Of a DNA stretch of 64,000 bases, positions 51,371 to 61,650 are shown one piece after another. The stretch is from Candidatus Saccharimonadota bacterium (GTDB lineage: Bacteria; Patescibacteriota; Saccharimonadia; Saccharimonadales; DTSZ01): NCBI GenBank assembly GCA_012965045.1, contig DTSZ01000001.1, forward strand, positions 748,024-812,023, in the 5' to 3' direction. The notes beneath the pieces were generated by a model that was not told the origin of the DNA, did not search any database, and was given only the letters and a program-made list of their open reading frames with translations. The position numbers and the translations under genes were made by a program. The first letter of the stretch is position 1, and the number at the start of each line of letters is the position of its first letter.

Positions 51371-51904
51371 TTAGATGAAGGCTAGGTCTTCATCCGGGTC
51401 TGCGGCCACGAACGGCGTTTGTGGTGATTCACCAAGAGCGGCCTTGAAGGCCTCGCAGTAGGCGATGACCTCTTCGATAGACAGAGCGAACTCGCTCTCA
51501 GCACGCAATCGGCCGTTGCTGAACGGCACGAAGTTGCTCACGACGTCGGTGATCCCGTACGTTGCGATCAGCTCATCGCGGTCGTCTGGGGTGCCAGTCC
51601 CGAACTCGTACCACGCACGGTTCGGGGTGTTCGCGAAGGTAGCGATCTGGCGAGGGCGTTCGGTGAACACCATCCAGGATTCGTTTTCCGCGATCTGCTG
51701 AGCATGCCAGTACTCCAGGTCGGCACTGGCGCTGTCGCGCAGTTCTTGTCGTCGTGCCTCCATGAAGCTGTGTCTCTGCTTCATGTGGTAGACCTCATCG
51801 AAGGTCAGCAGGGTGCTGACCCCGTTGTTGGCGCTCCCGCGGTAGAGCGGCTTTGAGCCACTTGGGATGTAGATGCCCCCGGGGGAGACAGCGTATTCGG
51901 TCAT
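51371..51904 (-). CDS. hypothetical protein on a GC-rich patch
   Basis: 177-aa ORF; 34/60 and 39/60 GC in lines 51421 and 51541; G/C-ending codons dominate, unlike its neighbours; no motif recognised. Confidence 0.55.
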   Translation of the reverse strand: MTEYAVSPGGIYIPSGSKPLYRGSANNGVSTLLTFDEVYHMKQRHSFMEARRQELRDSASADLEYWHAQQIAENESWMVFTERPRQIATFANTPNRAWYEFGTGTPDDRDELIATYGITDVVSNFVPFSNGRLRAESEFALSIEEVIAYCEAFKAALGESPQTPFVAADPDEDLAFI

Positions 51905-52122
51905 GTCTTGTCCTCCTTAAGGACTCGTTTGACTTTAGTGCCGAATTGTCGGCTTTAAAAGTACAAACATACCCTAAAAGCCAACAACTCAGCTACTGAT
52001 CTAGATCTGTTAAAGAACACCTAAATCCTCACAGACTTAAGTCTATATATAATAACACAAAAACAACAAAAAAGCAATATCGAGCATGGTATATAATTAG
52101 TTAAATTAAGAGGGCAATCTGA

Positions 52123-52545
52123 ATGAACGTAGATATAAACATAGTGGGAGTATTAGCTGGAGCAGCTGCCAGTATAGTTATTGGGTCAATTTGGTATTCA
52201 AACGCAGCGTTTGGTGACAGTTGGATGAAATTGGCTGGACTTACCGATAAAAAAGTTAAAGCCGGCATGACCAAGGCAATGATAACTACCTTAATTACCA
52301 CGTTAATAATGAGTTTTGTATTAGCCCACGTGATCGGCCTGAGCGTATTTTTTTACACTGACTACAGTTATCTGAAAGCAGCTATTATAACTGCACTTTG
52401 GATGTGGCTTGGTTTTCAGTTTACCCACATCACTATGAACGGTGCGTTTGAACAGAAGCCAAAAAAATTACAAATGATTAACAAGTTCGGGCAGCTGGCT
52501 AGCATTTTAGCCATGGGCATAACTATTGGTTTGATTGGACAGTAA
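52123..52545 (+). CDS. DUF1761 family membrane protein
   Basis: 140 aa; GSIWYSNAAFGDSWMKLAGL motif; four TM helices. Confidence 0.6.
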   Translation: MNVDINIVGVLAGAAASIVIGSIWYSNAAFGDSWMKLAGLTDKKVKAGMTKAMITTLITTLIMSFVLAHVIGLSVFFYTDYSYLKAAIITALWMWLGFQFTHITMNGAFEQKPKKLQMINKFGQLASILAMGITIGLIGQ

Positions 52546-52621
52546 GATTAGCTGAAGGCTATAAAGTCTATAATGTGGCTATACGATGAAAATAATAAAT
52601 TGAGAATTGTGAAATGCAATC

Positions 52622-53056
52622 ATGAACATGTTTAAAAGCGTCAAAGCTGAAAGCGTAGAGACTTATTTAGACTTAGTGCCGGCAGAGCGCAAAGAAATAG
52701 TTGAATTTTTGCATCAATTTATTCAAAAAGTAGCCCCACAGCTTAAACCACATTTTGCCTACAATATGCTTGGTTACGGTAGTTTTGATTACTTAAATTA
52801 CAAAAAAGAACAAATTAAGTGGCCAGTTGTGTCATTAGCGAACCAAAAAAGCTACGTCAGTGTGTATGTCTGCGCGCATGATGGTGGGACATATCTTGCA
52901 GAGAAGTACAAAAAACAACTCGGCAAAGTAAATGTAGGTAAAAGTTGTATTCGTATAAAAAAACTTGAAGATATAAATTTAGACGTACTTGAACAGGTTA
53001 TAAAAGAGGCATCAAAGGCTCCTGGATTAGTCGGAGCGGGGGAGCATTCAAAATAA
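52622..53056 (+). CDS. DUF1801 (YdhG-like) domain protein
   Basis: 144 aa; VETYLDLVPAERKEIVEFLHQFI...GKSCIRIKKLEDINLDVLEQVIKEA. Confidence 0.6.
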   Translation: MNMFKSVKAESVETYLDLVPAERKEIVEFLHQFIQKVAPQLKPHFAYNMLGYGSFDYLNYKKEQIKWPVVSLANQKSYVSVYVCAHDGGTYLAEKYKKQLGKVNVGKSCIRIKKLEDINLDVLEQVIKEASKAPGLVGAGEHSK

Positions 53057-53058
53057 GC

Positions 53059-53334
53059 ATGGTCGAAAAATTTCAAACCCTTCATCCTGACCCGGAAAAA
53101 ACCGGAGTTAATATTGATAAGACAAAATATGACTACGTAAAAAATGCTGTTTTGAACATTTTAACGAAACAACAGCCGCTGACGCCCAAGCAACTATTTG
53201 AGTTTATCGACAGAGATTATTCTACAAATTTTGATGGCTCAATTACATGGTATGCAGAAACGGTTAAGTTAGACCTTGAAGCTCGCAAGAAAATAAGCCA
53301 TGACAGAAAAACACGCATGATCACGTTGCTATAA
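53059..53334 (+). CDS. hypothetical small protein
   Basis: 91-aa ORF tightly packed in an operon (3-nt gaps on both sides). Confidence 0.5.
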   Translation: MVEKFQTLHPDPEKTGVNIDKTKYDYVKNAVLNILTKQQPLTPKQLFEFIDRDYSTNFDGSITWYAETVKLDLEARKKISHDRKTRMITLL

Positions 53335-53335
53335 A

Positions 53336-53863
53336 ATGAAAAAAGTGCAAATTACTGGCTATGGTGGAAGCGGCAAGACTACACTAGCAAATAACTTGTC
53401 GCAAAAACTACACATTCCTCATTATGAAATAGATGGCCTATTTTGGTTAGAGAATTGGCAAATGAAAAATACAGAACTCTTTACTCGCGAGATTGGGCAC
53501 ATAGTGGCGACTGAGTCTTGGATTATATGTGGTGCATACAACAAAATTCTAAAAGGTAGAATACCAAAACAAGCAGATACGATCGTGGTTCTTTGTTATC
53601 CCCTAAGGATAATTTTTTGGCGCTCCCTGAAGCGGACTGTACAAAGAGCTATGACTCACAAAAGGCTCTGGGGCACAAACTATGAGAGTCGTACTAATTT
53701 GTTATTAAGACCCCGCCGTACTCATACAGGTATAATGGTTCGTAAGTATATAAAAAACGGACGGTATTACTTTTTGGATCGTGCTAAAGAATTTGCATCG
53801 CAGAGAAGCATAGTAAGTTTTAATCATCCTAAGGAGCTGGAACAGTGGCTGACAGATCTATAG
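53336..53863 (+). CDS. P-loop kinase-like protein (adenylate kinase / topology-modulation FlaR-like)
   Basis: 175 aa; ITGYGGSGKTTLANNLSQKLHIPHYEIDGLFW. Confidence 0.65.
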   Translation: MKKVQITGYGGSGKTTLANNLSQKLHIPHYEIDGLFWLENWQMKNTELFTREIGHIVATESWIICGAYNKILKGRIPKQADTIVVLCYPLRIIFWRSLKRTVQRAMTHKRLWGTNYESRTNLLLRPRRTHTGIMVRKYIKNGRYYFLDRAKEFASQRSIVSFNHPKELEQWLTDL

Positions 53864-54609
53864 TTCGGTGTAGTTGGGCTACAAGCGACGAACTATATAT
53901 TAAGTATCACGACGAAGAGTGGGGTGTACCTGTGGGGCTTGGCTCCAGGACGGCAAAAACCAGCGCACGAACCGCCCAGTCACTTAAAGCCAATTTTTCT
54001 TCGGTTGACGTACCTTCAGGTACGCCTTTCTCAGATAAAAATGCCTATAAGCCAACTGGCTCGGTCCATGAACCAGGTCTTTCAGCCCAAGAGACAAGCC
54101 ATGCCGACAGAACACATTTTGAGTTCTTAGTTTTAGAGGGGGCACAAGCTGGTTTAAGCTGGATAACAATTTTAAAACGGCGCCAAGGTTACAGGCGAGC
54201 ATTTGCTAATTTTGACCCAAAAGTTGTAGCTAATTTTAGCGACAATAAGCTTGAAGAGTTGCGACAGGACACTGGGATTATTCGAAATAAACTAAAGATA
54301 AAGTCTGCTCGGACGAATGCTCGTGTTTTTTTAGATATTCAAAAGCAATACGGCAGCTTTAATACTTATATTTGGGCTTTTGTAGGCGGTGAACAAAAGG
54401 TTAATGAGTGGCAGTCTGATGATGAAGTTCCGGCTACAAGTATAGAGTCTGATTATTTAAGCAAAGATTTAAAAAAGCGAGGTATGAGTTTTGTTGGTAG
54501 CACAATTATGTATGCGCACATGCAGGCCTGCGGATTGGTGTTTGACCACACAGCTAGCTGCTTCAAGTATAAACAGTTGCAAAATGAAAAAAAGATGGTT
54601 AAAATATAA
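53845..54609 (+). CDS. tag: DNA-3-methyladenine glycosylase I with a ~56-aa internal insertion
   Basis: RCSWATSDELYIKYHDEEWGVPV ... FEFLVLEGAQAGLSWITILKRRQGYR...MSFVGSTIMYAHMQACGLVFDHTASC. Zn ligand positions (C9, H22, H/C near the C-terminus) are retained. The insertion lies between WGVPV and ADRTHFEF. Confidence 0.85.
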   Translation: MADRSIVRCSWATSDELYIKYHDEEWGVPVGLGSRTAKTSARTAQSLKANFSSVDVPSGTPFSDKNAYKPTGSVHEPGLSAQETSHADRTHFEFLVLEGAQAGLSWITILKRRQGYRRAFANFDPKVVANFSDNKLEELRQDTGIIRNKLKIKSARTNARVFLDIQKQYGSFNTYIWAFVGGEQKVNEWQSDDEVPATSIESDYLSKDLKKRGMSFVGSTIMYAHMQACGLVFDHTASCFKYKQLQNEKKMVKI

Positions 54610-54727
54610 AAACTGTTTTTAAAAGTGTTTCATTAACAAAAATCAAAAACTAACTTTCACAATATTGAAAAGCTGGTCCGCTGCATGGCGGAGGGCTATT
54701 AATGATTTTTAGAGAGGAGCCTTAAAT

Positions 54728-56509
54728 ATGGCTCAAAAACAAAAGCGTTATTGGGATAAAACGCTTAAATATTATTGGCAGAGCCTTAGTGGTAATAAGC
54801 TTAGGTTCTTTGCAATGCTTTTACTCGCAATGATTGCTGTGTTGTTCGGCGATGTAGTTGCCACGTATTTTTTAGCAAATTTGTTTGAACAACTACCGGC
54901 AGCAGTCGCTGGCAGTAGGCCAGCTCAAGATATATGGCGATTGGTTTGGTTGAGCCTAGGAAGCATTGCCATTTCTTTTTTGTCGTGGCGAACATTTGGC
55001 TATGTCTGGTTAAAAGTTATATACGAACTCCCGTATCAAAACTCGAAACGGGTTATGGAGCATATGCTACAGCGCAGTTATAATTTTTATACCAACGCCT
55101 TTGGCGGTTCGTTAGTTAACAAGTTCAATCAGTTTAAATGGACAAGTAACGACCTCGTAATAATTGGTACTTTCGAGCTGTTTACATCATTAGTTCGGGC
55201 AATAGCATTTTTTATTGTTCTTGTGATTTTGATTCCAGTAGTTGGATGGAGCCTGCTAGTGTGGATAATTTTTTATGTAATCACAGTTATTGCGCTTGTA
55301 AATAAAAAATCGCCCCTATCTCGGCGAGCGGTACGAGCGCGAACTAAAACCACCGCCTATTTTGCAGATGTGGTGACCAACATACTAACAGTCAAAAATT
55401 TTGGTAAAAGTGAGCTTGAAAAAACAAAGTTTAGGACTGTCATTGAAAGTGAAAAACAAGCCAATCGACGGTCATGGATTTTTGGTGAACACATTCGTAC
55501 CTACCAGTCGGTTGTTAGTTTTCTGTTTCGAGTTTTCGTTTTAATCTTTGCAGTCAGGGGTGCTCTTAACGGCAGCTATTCGGTTGCGTCTGTAATAGTT
55601 GCACAATTTTATCTACAACAAGTAGCACGAGATGTGTTTTCTATTAGTAAGGTTATTCAAGATCTTGAAAAAAGATTTAACGACGCATTTGAAATGGTTG
55701 AGATTTTTGAACAACCATTACTTATAAATGATCCGGAAAATCCTGAACCAATTAAAAACGGGAAGGGTGAAATACACTTTTCTAATGTTGAGTTTAAGTA
55801 CTCAGACGGAGAAGATTCGATTTTAGAAAACTTTAATTTTAAGATCTTACCAGGTCAGAAGGTTGGCTTAGTCGGTCATTCGGGAAGCGGAAAATCAACC
55901 CTAACAAAAATATTGCTTAGATACGAAGATATCAAGGGCGGTGAGATTCTTATTGACGGTCAAGACGTTCGTCGAGTTAAACAAGAGGAGTTGCGATCTA
56001 AGATCGCTACGGTCCCGCAAGAACCAATACTGTTCCACCGTTCTATAGCTGACAATATTCGCTATGGCGATCCAAGCGCTAGCGACGCTCAAGTTGTTAA
56101 AGTGGCTAAACAGGCCAACGCCCACGATTTTATTAAAGATCTACCAAAGGGCTACGAAACTTTGGTTGGTGAGCGAGGCATAAAACTTTCTGGCGGTGAA
56201 AAACAGCGGGTTGCGATCGCGCGAGCCATGCTAAGTAAAGCGCCTATTTTATTACTGGACGAAGCAACCAGTGCGTTAGATTCTAAGAGTGAAAATCTAA
56301 TACAAATTGCACTCGATCGATTAATGAAGCACCGTACAACTATTGTGATCGCTCACCGGTTGAGCACTATTCGCATGATGGACAGAATAGTAGTCATGGA
56401 AAAAGGCAAGATAATCGAAGATGGAACTCATGACGAGTTGTTACAGAAAAACGGGCAGTATGCTCAACTATGGGCCCACCAAGCTGGCGGATTTTTAACA
56501 GAAAACTAA
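54728..56509 (+). CDS. ABC exporter, fused permease/ATPase (MsbA-like type I exporter)
   Basis: 593 aa with six N-terminal TM helices; GHSGSGKST, LSGGEKQRVAIARA, ILLLDEATSALD. Confidence 0.9.
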   Translation: MAQKQKRYWDKTLKYYWQSLSGNKLRFFAMLLLAMIAVLFGDVVATYFLANLFEQLPAAVAGSRPAQDIWRLVWLSLGSIAISFLSWRTFGYVWLKVIYELPYQNSKRVMEHMLQRSYNFYTNAFGGSLVNKFNQFKWTSNDLVIIGTFELFTSLVRAIAFFIVLVILIPVVGWSLLVWIIFYVITVIALVNKKSPLSRRAVRARTKTTAYFADVVTNILTVKNFGKSELEKTKFRTVIESEKQANRRSWIFGEHIRTYQSVVSFLFRVFVLIFAVRGALNGSYSVASVIVAQFYLQQVARDVFSISKVIQDLEKRFNDAFEMVEIFEQPLLINDPENPEPIKNGKGEIHFSNVEFKYSDGEDSILENFNFKILPGQKVGLVGHSGSGKSTLTKILLRYEDIKGGEILIDGQDVRRVKQEELRSKIATVPQEPILFHRSIADNIRYGDPSASDAQVVKVAKQANAHDFIKDLPKGYETLVGERGIKLSGGEKQRVAIARAMLSKAPILLLDEATSALDSKSENLIQIALDRLMKHRTTIVIAHRLSTIRMMDRIVVMEKGKIIEDGTHDELLQKNGQYAQLWAHQAGGFLTEN

Positions 56510-56520
56510 ATAGGTCTACA

Positions 56521-56529
56521 TGGTAGACT
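56521..56529 (+). promoter_or_regulatory. extended -10 promoter TGgTAGACT giving a leaderless mRNA (ATG 56536)
   Basis: -10 TAGACT at 56524-56529, 6 nt before the ATG; no SD. Confidence 0.45.
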
Positions 56530-56535
56530 TTTAGT

Positions 56536-57072
56536 ATGACCTTTGAATTTAGTATTGATTTAAGTGGAACACCCCAAGAAGTATGGGACTTCTTCGACGA
56601 TCCTAGAACCATATACCTATGGCAACCAACGCTTACAAATATGGAGCCAGTTCAGGGTGCACCCGGGGAAGTTGGTTCTGTTACAAAACTTACCTACACC
56701 GAAAAAAACCGAACCACTGTTATTTTGGAAGAGGTTATCACCAAGCGACCTCCAGAGTTTTTGGAAAACATTTTTACTGATCTGTCAGGTAGCATTCATA
56801 ACAAAACAGAAAATTATTTCGAGACTTTTTTTGATCAAACCACCTGGCGAATGGTAGTTGAGTTTGAGTTTAATGGGTTCTTAATGAAGCTGCTATCACC
56901 GCTCCTGAAACCTTCTATAAAAAAGCGAACATTAGCTGACATGCAACGGTTTAAATATGCCTTTGAAAACAGGCCAAAAGATCCAGATGATGATAAGGGC
57001 TCTAAAAAACCAAAAAAATCTAAAAAGAAAAAACCAAAGAAGAGCAAAAAGAAGTCAAAAAAGAAAAAATAA
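56536..57072 (+). CDS. SRPBCC (START/polyketide-cyclase-like) domain protein with poly-Lys C-terminal tail
   Basis: 178 aa; FEFSIDLSGTPQEVWDFFDDPRTIYLWQP; tail DDDKGSKKPKKSKKKKPKKSKKKSKKKK. Confidence 0.65.
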   Translation: MTFEFSIDLSGTPQEVWDFFDDPRTIYLWQPTLTNMEPVQGAPGEVGSVTKLTYTEKNRTTVILEEVITKRPPEFLENIFTDLSGSIHNKTENYFETFFDQTTWRMVVEFEFNGFLMKLLSPLLKPSIKKRTLADMQRFKYAFENRPKDPDDDKGSKKPKKSKKKKPKKSKKKSKKKK

Positions 57073-57855
57073 TTAGCTAGTTTTTTGCGACCGTGCGATA
57101 AAGCGCGTCACAACTTTTCGTGGCAGTATGCGGCATAGTTGAACAGCTGCTATGTTGCGGGTTCCATGTACGGCAACAGTTTTATTTTGCATTAACGAAT
57201 CCCAGCCATAGCGGGCAACTTCTTTGGCTGTTGGTAGTTTACTTTGATTGGCGAAAACACCTGTATCATTTGTTTTTGCAGTAGCAGCAAATTCTGACTG
57301 GGTTGGGCCAGGGCACAAAGCTGACACCACAACGTTGTCATCCTCAAGCTCTACGGCAATAGCCTCGCTAAAACTCAGTACAAAGGCTTTGGTTGCATAG
57401 TAGGTTGCCATATGTGGGCCGGGAAAGAATGCAGCAACCGAAGCAACGTTTAATATGTGTCCGCCTCCATTTTTAGTCATATCGTCTGCTGCTTTTTTGG
57501 ATAACGTCACAAGTGAGCTGCAGTTTAATTGGATCATTTCATGCAGCTTAGTGCTATCTGCATCTTTCAACGAATGCAAGTCGCCGAAACCAGCATTATT
57601 AACCACTACATCAACTTTGTAATTAGAGGCTGCGGTTTTATATAGTTGATCGGCTTGGTCAGGCTGACTAAGGTCACTAACTATAACCTCAAATAGCTGG
57701 TTAGGGTACATCTTAGCTAGCTCTTTTTTGAGTGCGTTTAATTTGTCTTTACTGCGAGCTGTTAAAACAAGGTTTCGACCTTCAGCTGCAGCAATGTAGG
57801 CAAATTCTTTGCCAATTCCGCTGGAAGCACCAGTAATTAATGTTGCATGTTTCAT
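57073..57855 (-). CDS. SDR family oxidoreductase
   Basis: 260 aa; TGASSGIGKEFA cofactor motif, catalytic YYATKAF. Confidence 0.9.
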   Translation of the reverse strand: MKHATLITGASSGIGKEFAYIAAAEGRNLVLTARSKDKLNALKKELAKMYPNQLFEVIVSDLSQPDQADQLYKTAASNYKVDVVVNNAGFGDLHSLKDADSTKLHEMIQLNCSSLVTLSKKAADDMTKNGGGHILNVASVAAFFPGPHMATYYATKAFVLSFSEAIAVELEDDNVVVSALCPGPTQSEFAATAKTNDTGVFANQSKLPTAKEVARYGWDSLMQNKTVAVHGTRNIAAVQLCRILPRKVVTRFIARSQKTS

Positions 57856-57909
57856 TACGCTAATTGTACAGACAGTGCGTATACTTGGGGTAAAGATTTG
57901 GAGGATTCA

Positions 57910-59052
57910 ATGGACGACGTAAAACAGCAAGCACTAGATATTCATAAAAAATTCAAAGGCAAACTTGAGACCGGCCTAAAAGACCCAGTCGATTCGATGG
58001 AAAAGCTTAGTTTGTACTACACGCCAGGAGTTGGAGCGGTTAGTAGCTATGTGGCAGAGCATCCAGAAGAAGCTCGTAATTATACTCAAATCAATAATAC
58101 CGTAGCAGTTGTTAGTGACGGTAGCGCGGTTTTAGGCCTTGGCAATATCGGCCCACTTGGCGCCTTGCCAGTTATGGAGGGCAAAGCCGTGTTGTTTAAA
58201 AGCTTTGCAAATGTAGATGCGGTGCCAATTGTGCTCAATACTCAAGACCCCGATGAAATAATAAATATTGTTAAAGCTATTGCTCCGACCTACGGTGGAA
58301 TTAACCTTGAAGACATTAAAGCGCCGCAGTGTTTTTATATCGAAGAAACACTAAAGCAAGAGCTAGATATTCCAGTATTTCATGACGACCAACACGGAAC
58401 AGCAATTGTTGTCTTGGCTGGATTAATTAATGCCTGCAAACTAACAAACCGCGACCTAAACGATAGCTGGATAACTGTGAGCGGGGTAGGGGCTGCTGGT
58501 GTGGCAATAATCAAATTAATTAAGCAATATGCACCAAAAGCCAACATATTGGCAGTCGATAGTAAGGGTATTATTTGGTCTGGTCGCGACGACCTAAATG
58601 AAACAAAATTGAGTTTAATAAAACAGGATTTAATTTTTGCCGAAGACGGCGGTGATTTAGCAAAAGCAATGACCGAAGCTGACATATTTATTGGCGTATC
58701 GCTTGGGGGATTGCTTAAAAAAGAGATGGTAGCAACCATGAACAAAGACGCTATTATTTTTGCCATGGCAAACCCTGTGCCCGAGATATACCCAGATGAA
58801 GCCAAACAAGCGGGAGCAGCCGTAGTAGCAACGGGGCGCAGCGATTTTGACAATCAAGTTAACAATGCACTAGTGTTTCCAGCACTATTTAGAGGGGCAC
58901 TTGATAACAACGTAAAAGCTATTACCGAGGAACATAAAATGGCAGCAGCTAAAGCTTTGGCTGGCCTTATAGAAAACCCTACACCCGACAAAATCATTCC
59001 AGATATATTCGATAAACGAATATTAGAAGCAGTTTCTTCTGTGGTGAAATGA
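57910..59052 (+). CDS. NAD(P)-dependent malic enzyme (short type)
   Basis: ATG 57910 after GGAGGA (track start 57847 overlaps the divergent SDR gene). [54 protein letters not shown]. Confidence 0.88.
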   Translation: MDDVKQQALDIHKKFKGKLETGLKDPVDSMEKLSLYYTPGVGAVSSYVAEHPEEARNYTQINNTVAVVSDGSAVLGLGNIGPLGALPVMEGKAVLFKSFANVDAVPIVLNTQDPDEIINIVKAIAPTYGGINLEDIKAPQCFYIEETLKQELDIPVFHDDQHGTAIVVLAGLINACKLTNRDLNDSWITVSGVGAAGVAIIKLIKQYAPKANILAVDSKGIIWSGRDDLNETKLSLIKQDLIFAEDGGDLAKAMTEADIFIGVSLGGLLKKEMVATMNKDAIIFAMANPVPEIYPDEAKQAGAAVVATGRSDFDNQVNNALVFPALFRGALDNNVKAITEEHKMAAAKALAGLIENPTPDKIIPDIFDKRILEAVSSVVK

Positions 59053-59708
59053 TAGATCCCAAGCAATCACCCAGCTACAGGGCAGATGATTTTAAGCTTA
59101 GCGCCAAAATTATTGAAGAGATAGATGCATATTTTTTACCCACTTTGGATAAATTTAATTATCCAAATCCCAAAGTTTTGGTTGTTTTTAGCGGTGGTGT
59201 TGCGGTCGGGAAGTCAACATTATCAAGTAAAATTGCAAGAGAACTGAACGGCCTTGTCATAGAAACCGATGCAATTAAAAAATGTATACAAAGCAACATT
59301 GACTCGAATCTAGACAGTCGTACACTTGGAAAATATTCATGGGCTTACAGCATGGATTTGTATAGTCGTATATGCAAAATATCGCCTAATGGTTTGGTTG
59401 TACGTGACAGCGTAATCGATTGGTACTTTGATCGAATAATTCCAAAATTTAAAATTCAAGGTTTTGAGCTGTTTGTTGTTAACTTTGACGTTAGCAAAAA
59501 GAAGCGTGAGGAGTTGATACGAGCGCGCGGTGAAGATAAACCAACCACCACCATAGACAGAATGGTCGAAATGATTGACGAAAATTTGTATCATCAAAGT
59601 CGCTTTTTGAACGCCTACCAACCCAACGTAACCCTTGGCGAAGACAATCTATTTGACCATGAAATAGTGATTGATAATTTGAGAGCAAAAATAGATAGTT
59701 TAGTTTAG
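59049..59708 (+). CDS. P-loop NTPase/kinase-like protein (zeta-toxin/AAA_33-like fold suspected)
   Basis: 219 aa; VVFSGGVAVGKSTLSSKIARELNGLVIETD. ATG overlaps the malic enzyme stop (ATGA). Confidence 0.5.
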   Translation: MIDPKQSPSYRADDFKLSAKIIEEIDAYFLPTLDKFNYPNPKVLVVFSGGVAVGKSTLSSKIARELNGLVIETDAIKKCIQSNIDSNLDSRTLGKYSWAYSMDLYSRICKISPNGLVVRDSVIDWYFDRIIPKFKIQGFELFVVNFDVSKKKREELIRARGEDKPTTTIDRMVEMIDENLYHQSRFLNAYQPNVTLGEDNLFDHEIVIDNLRAKIDSLV

Positions 59709-59825
59709 GCTTTTTACAAACTGCTGCTAGCAATTGCTGTTTCAGCTATGCTTAATTTTTATACGTCAAAAACAAGCAATTTTATACAAGTGCTATTATA
59801 GAAACAGATAAAAGGAGTAGATCTC

Positions 59826-60272
59826 ATGGATGTTTTTGCATCGAATGGCTTCGATTACATATTAGACGCCAACAATATTAACGTAATGGCAGTATTCGTA
59901 GCGGCAGTATTGAGTTTTGTGGTTGGGGGAATTTGGTACTACGAAGGTGTATTTGGCAAAAACTGGCAAAAACTTGTAGGCCTAAAAAAGAAGCAAATTG
60001 AAAGCGCCAACATGTCGGTGATCTTTGGTTCTGCTTTTGTGCTTGCTTTAATCCAGGCGCTGTTTATGAGCAGTATAATGAGTGGCTTGAATGTTCGTAC
60101 TGCTTTCGAAGGGTTGTTATTTGGAGCTGTTATTGGCTCGGCATTTGCTGCGACTGCTGTCGGAATCCAATATTTGTATGCTCAAAGAAAACTAGAGCTC
60201 TATGCCATAGACGCTGGGTATATTTTGGCGCAATTTTCTGTCATGGGACTTGTGATTGGTTTGTGGCAGTAA
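59826..60272 (+). CDS. DUF1761 family membrane protein (second copy)
   Basis: 148 aa; GGIWYYEGVFGKNWQKLVGL. AAAGGAG SD; TGcTATTAT promoter at 59791-59799. Confidence 0.6.
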   Translation: MDVFASNGFDYILDANNINVMAVFVAAVLSFVVGGIWYYEGVFGKNWQKLVGLKKKQIESANMSVIFGSAFVLALIQALFMSSIMSGLNVRTAFEGLLFGAVIGSAFAATAVGIQYLYAQRKLELYAIDAGYILAQFSVMGLVIGLWQ

Positions 60273-60342
60273 GCTGAACCAGTTAATGGACAAGAAATCA
60301 AAAACATGCTAATGTTTATTTTAGTAACATAAAGAAACAAAA

Positions 60343-61170
60343 ATGAATAAATTCGAAGTATTAGCACAATTAGGCGGTGAAAACCCCACTATTACATCAA
60401 TAGATATTGCTAAGGTAGCTGTAGGCGAAGAGATCTGCACTATTGAATGTAGTGGTGGTTCAAAATACACCCTAGTGGCTGGCGAAGCTGGTAAGTTGAT
60501 TGTTCGAAACGATACAGAAGAGTCAGAGGTGTATGGCAATGTATTCGAGCTTAATGCTGGGTCCGAAATAACAATAACTAAAGACCAGCAATATAGTCTT
60601 GAAGAAAAAAATACAGATCGCGAACAATTTAGCTTACGTAATAAAGGCTCGCTTGCTTCAATTACCGTAAATCCTGAAGTAATAACTCGTGTCAGCGGTG
60701 ATAAGCAACTATTACCAGAAACTCAAAAAAAGTACACACGAACTAAAAAGGTTTCTACCGGTGAAACCCTTTTTGTCTACCCTGACGAAAAACTTTTCGA
60801 TGGTGCTTTAGCTCGGTTGCGCACCGCCAAAGCTACAGCCTCGGTCTCGATTGAATCAAATAATTCAAGCGATGAAATCTTAGCGTTTACTTTTTTAGAT
60901 GAGGACAATAAACCAAAGTCTGTCCCGCCAGTCGCATTTGGCGCTGATAAGGACGGACAGTTTGTGATTGATTCAGCAGTTAGCAACAGATTGTGGGACA
61001 AACTTGGAATTGCCGAAGGCGCTAAAATTACACTTGGTTCGGTTAACGGACAGAAGATTTTAGGAGTTGAAAACACCTCGCCGAATAACTCGATTGAAAT
61101 CGATTTCAATTCAAACAATCGAAGATTTGTTTCAAAGGCTGCGGTGTCGAATCAATTTTCACTAACCTAA
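60343..61170 (+). CDS. hypothetical protein
   Basis: 275-aa ORF with no motif recognised; shares the promoter/leader motif with 44747. Confidence 0.5.
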   Translation: MNKFEVLAQLGGENPTITSIDIAKVAVGEEICTIECSGGSKYTLVAGEAGKLIVRNDTEESEVYGNVFELNAGSEITITKDQQYSLEEKNTDREQFSLRNKGSLASITVNPEVITRVSGDKQLLPETQKKYTRTKKVSTGETLFVYPDEKLFDGALARLRTAKATASVSIESNNSSDEILAFTFLDEDNKPKSVPPVAFGADKDGQFVIDSAVSNRLWDKLGIAEGAKITLGSVNGQKILGVENTSPNNSIEIDFNSNNRRFVSKAAVSNQFSLT

Positions 61171-61260
61171 GTTGATACTGAACATAATATTTATAGCCAC
61201 TGTGATGATATGATTACAGTATTAAAACTAGCTGAAAGAACGTAACAGAAAAGCAAGTGC

Positions 61261-61650
61261 ATGGATGAGCGAGAGATAAAGAATAAATTGAGCCCAGAAC
61301 AATACCGTGTTTTGCGCGAAAACGGCACAGAAGCACCGTTTACCGGCAAGCACTTAAACGAAAAACGCGACGGCAGTTTTATATGTGCCGCTTGTGGTAC
61401 CCAGTTATTTAGTAGTGAAACAAAATTTGACTCGGGTAGTGGGTGGCCTAGTTTTACCGACCCAATGAACACAGAAAATATAAAACTCATCGAAGACACA
61501 AGTCATGGTATGGTGCGAACGGAGGTTCGTTGCGCTAGTTGTGATTCGCATCTTGGACATGTTTTTAATGACGGACCAGCACCGACTGGGCAGCGCTATT
61601 GTATTAATTCAGTATGTTTAGATTTTAAAGCTAAAGAAGGAGAAGAGTAG
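61261..61650 (+). CDS. msrB: peptide-methionine (R)-S-oxide reductase MsrB
   Basis: 129 aa; two CxxC pairs (CAAC, CASC), [15 protein letters not shown]. Confidence 0.95.
   Translation: MDEREIKNKLSPEQYRVLRENGTEAPFTGKHLNEKRDGSFICAACGTQLFSSETKFDSGSGWPSFTDPMNTENIKLIEDTSHGMVRTEVRCASCDSHLGHVFNDGPAPTGQRYCINSVCLDFKAKEGEE

Noticed and set aside
59049-59708. Zeta-toxin-like kinase as part of a toxin-antitoxin pair
   Set aside because: There is no small upstream antitoxin ORF. The gene is start-stop coupled to malic enzyme, and only the P-loop is recognisable, so the TA call is unsupported.
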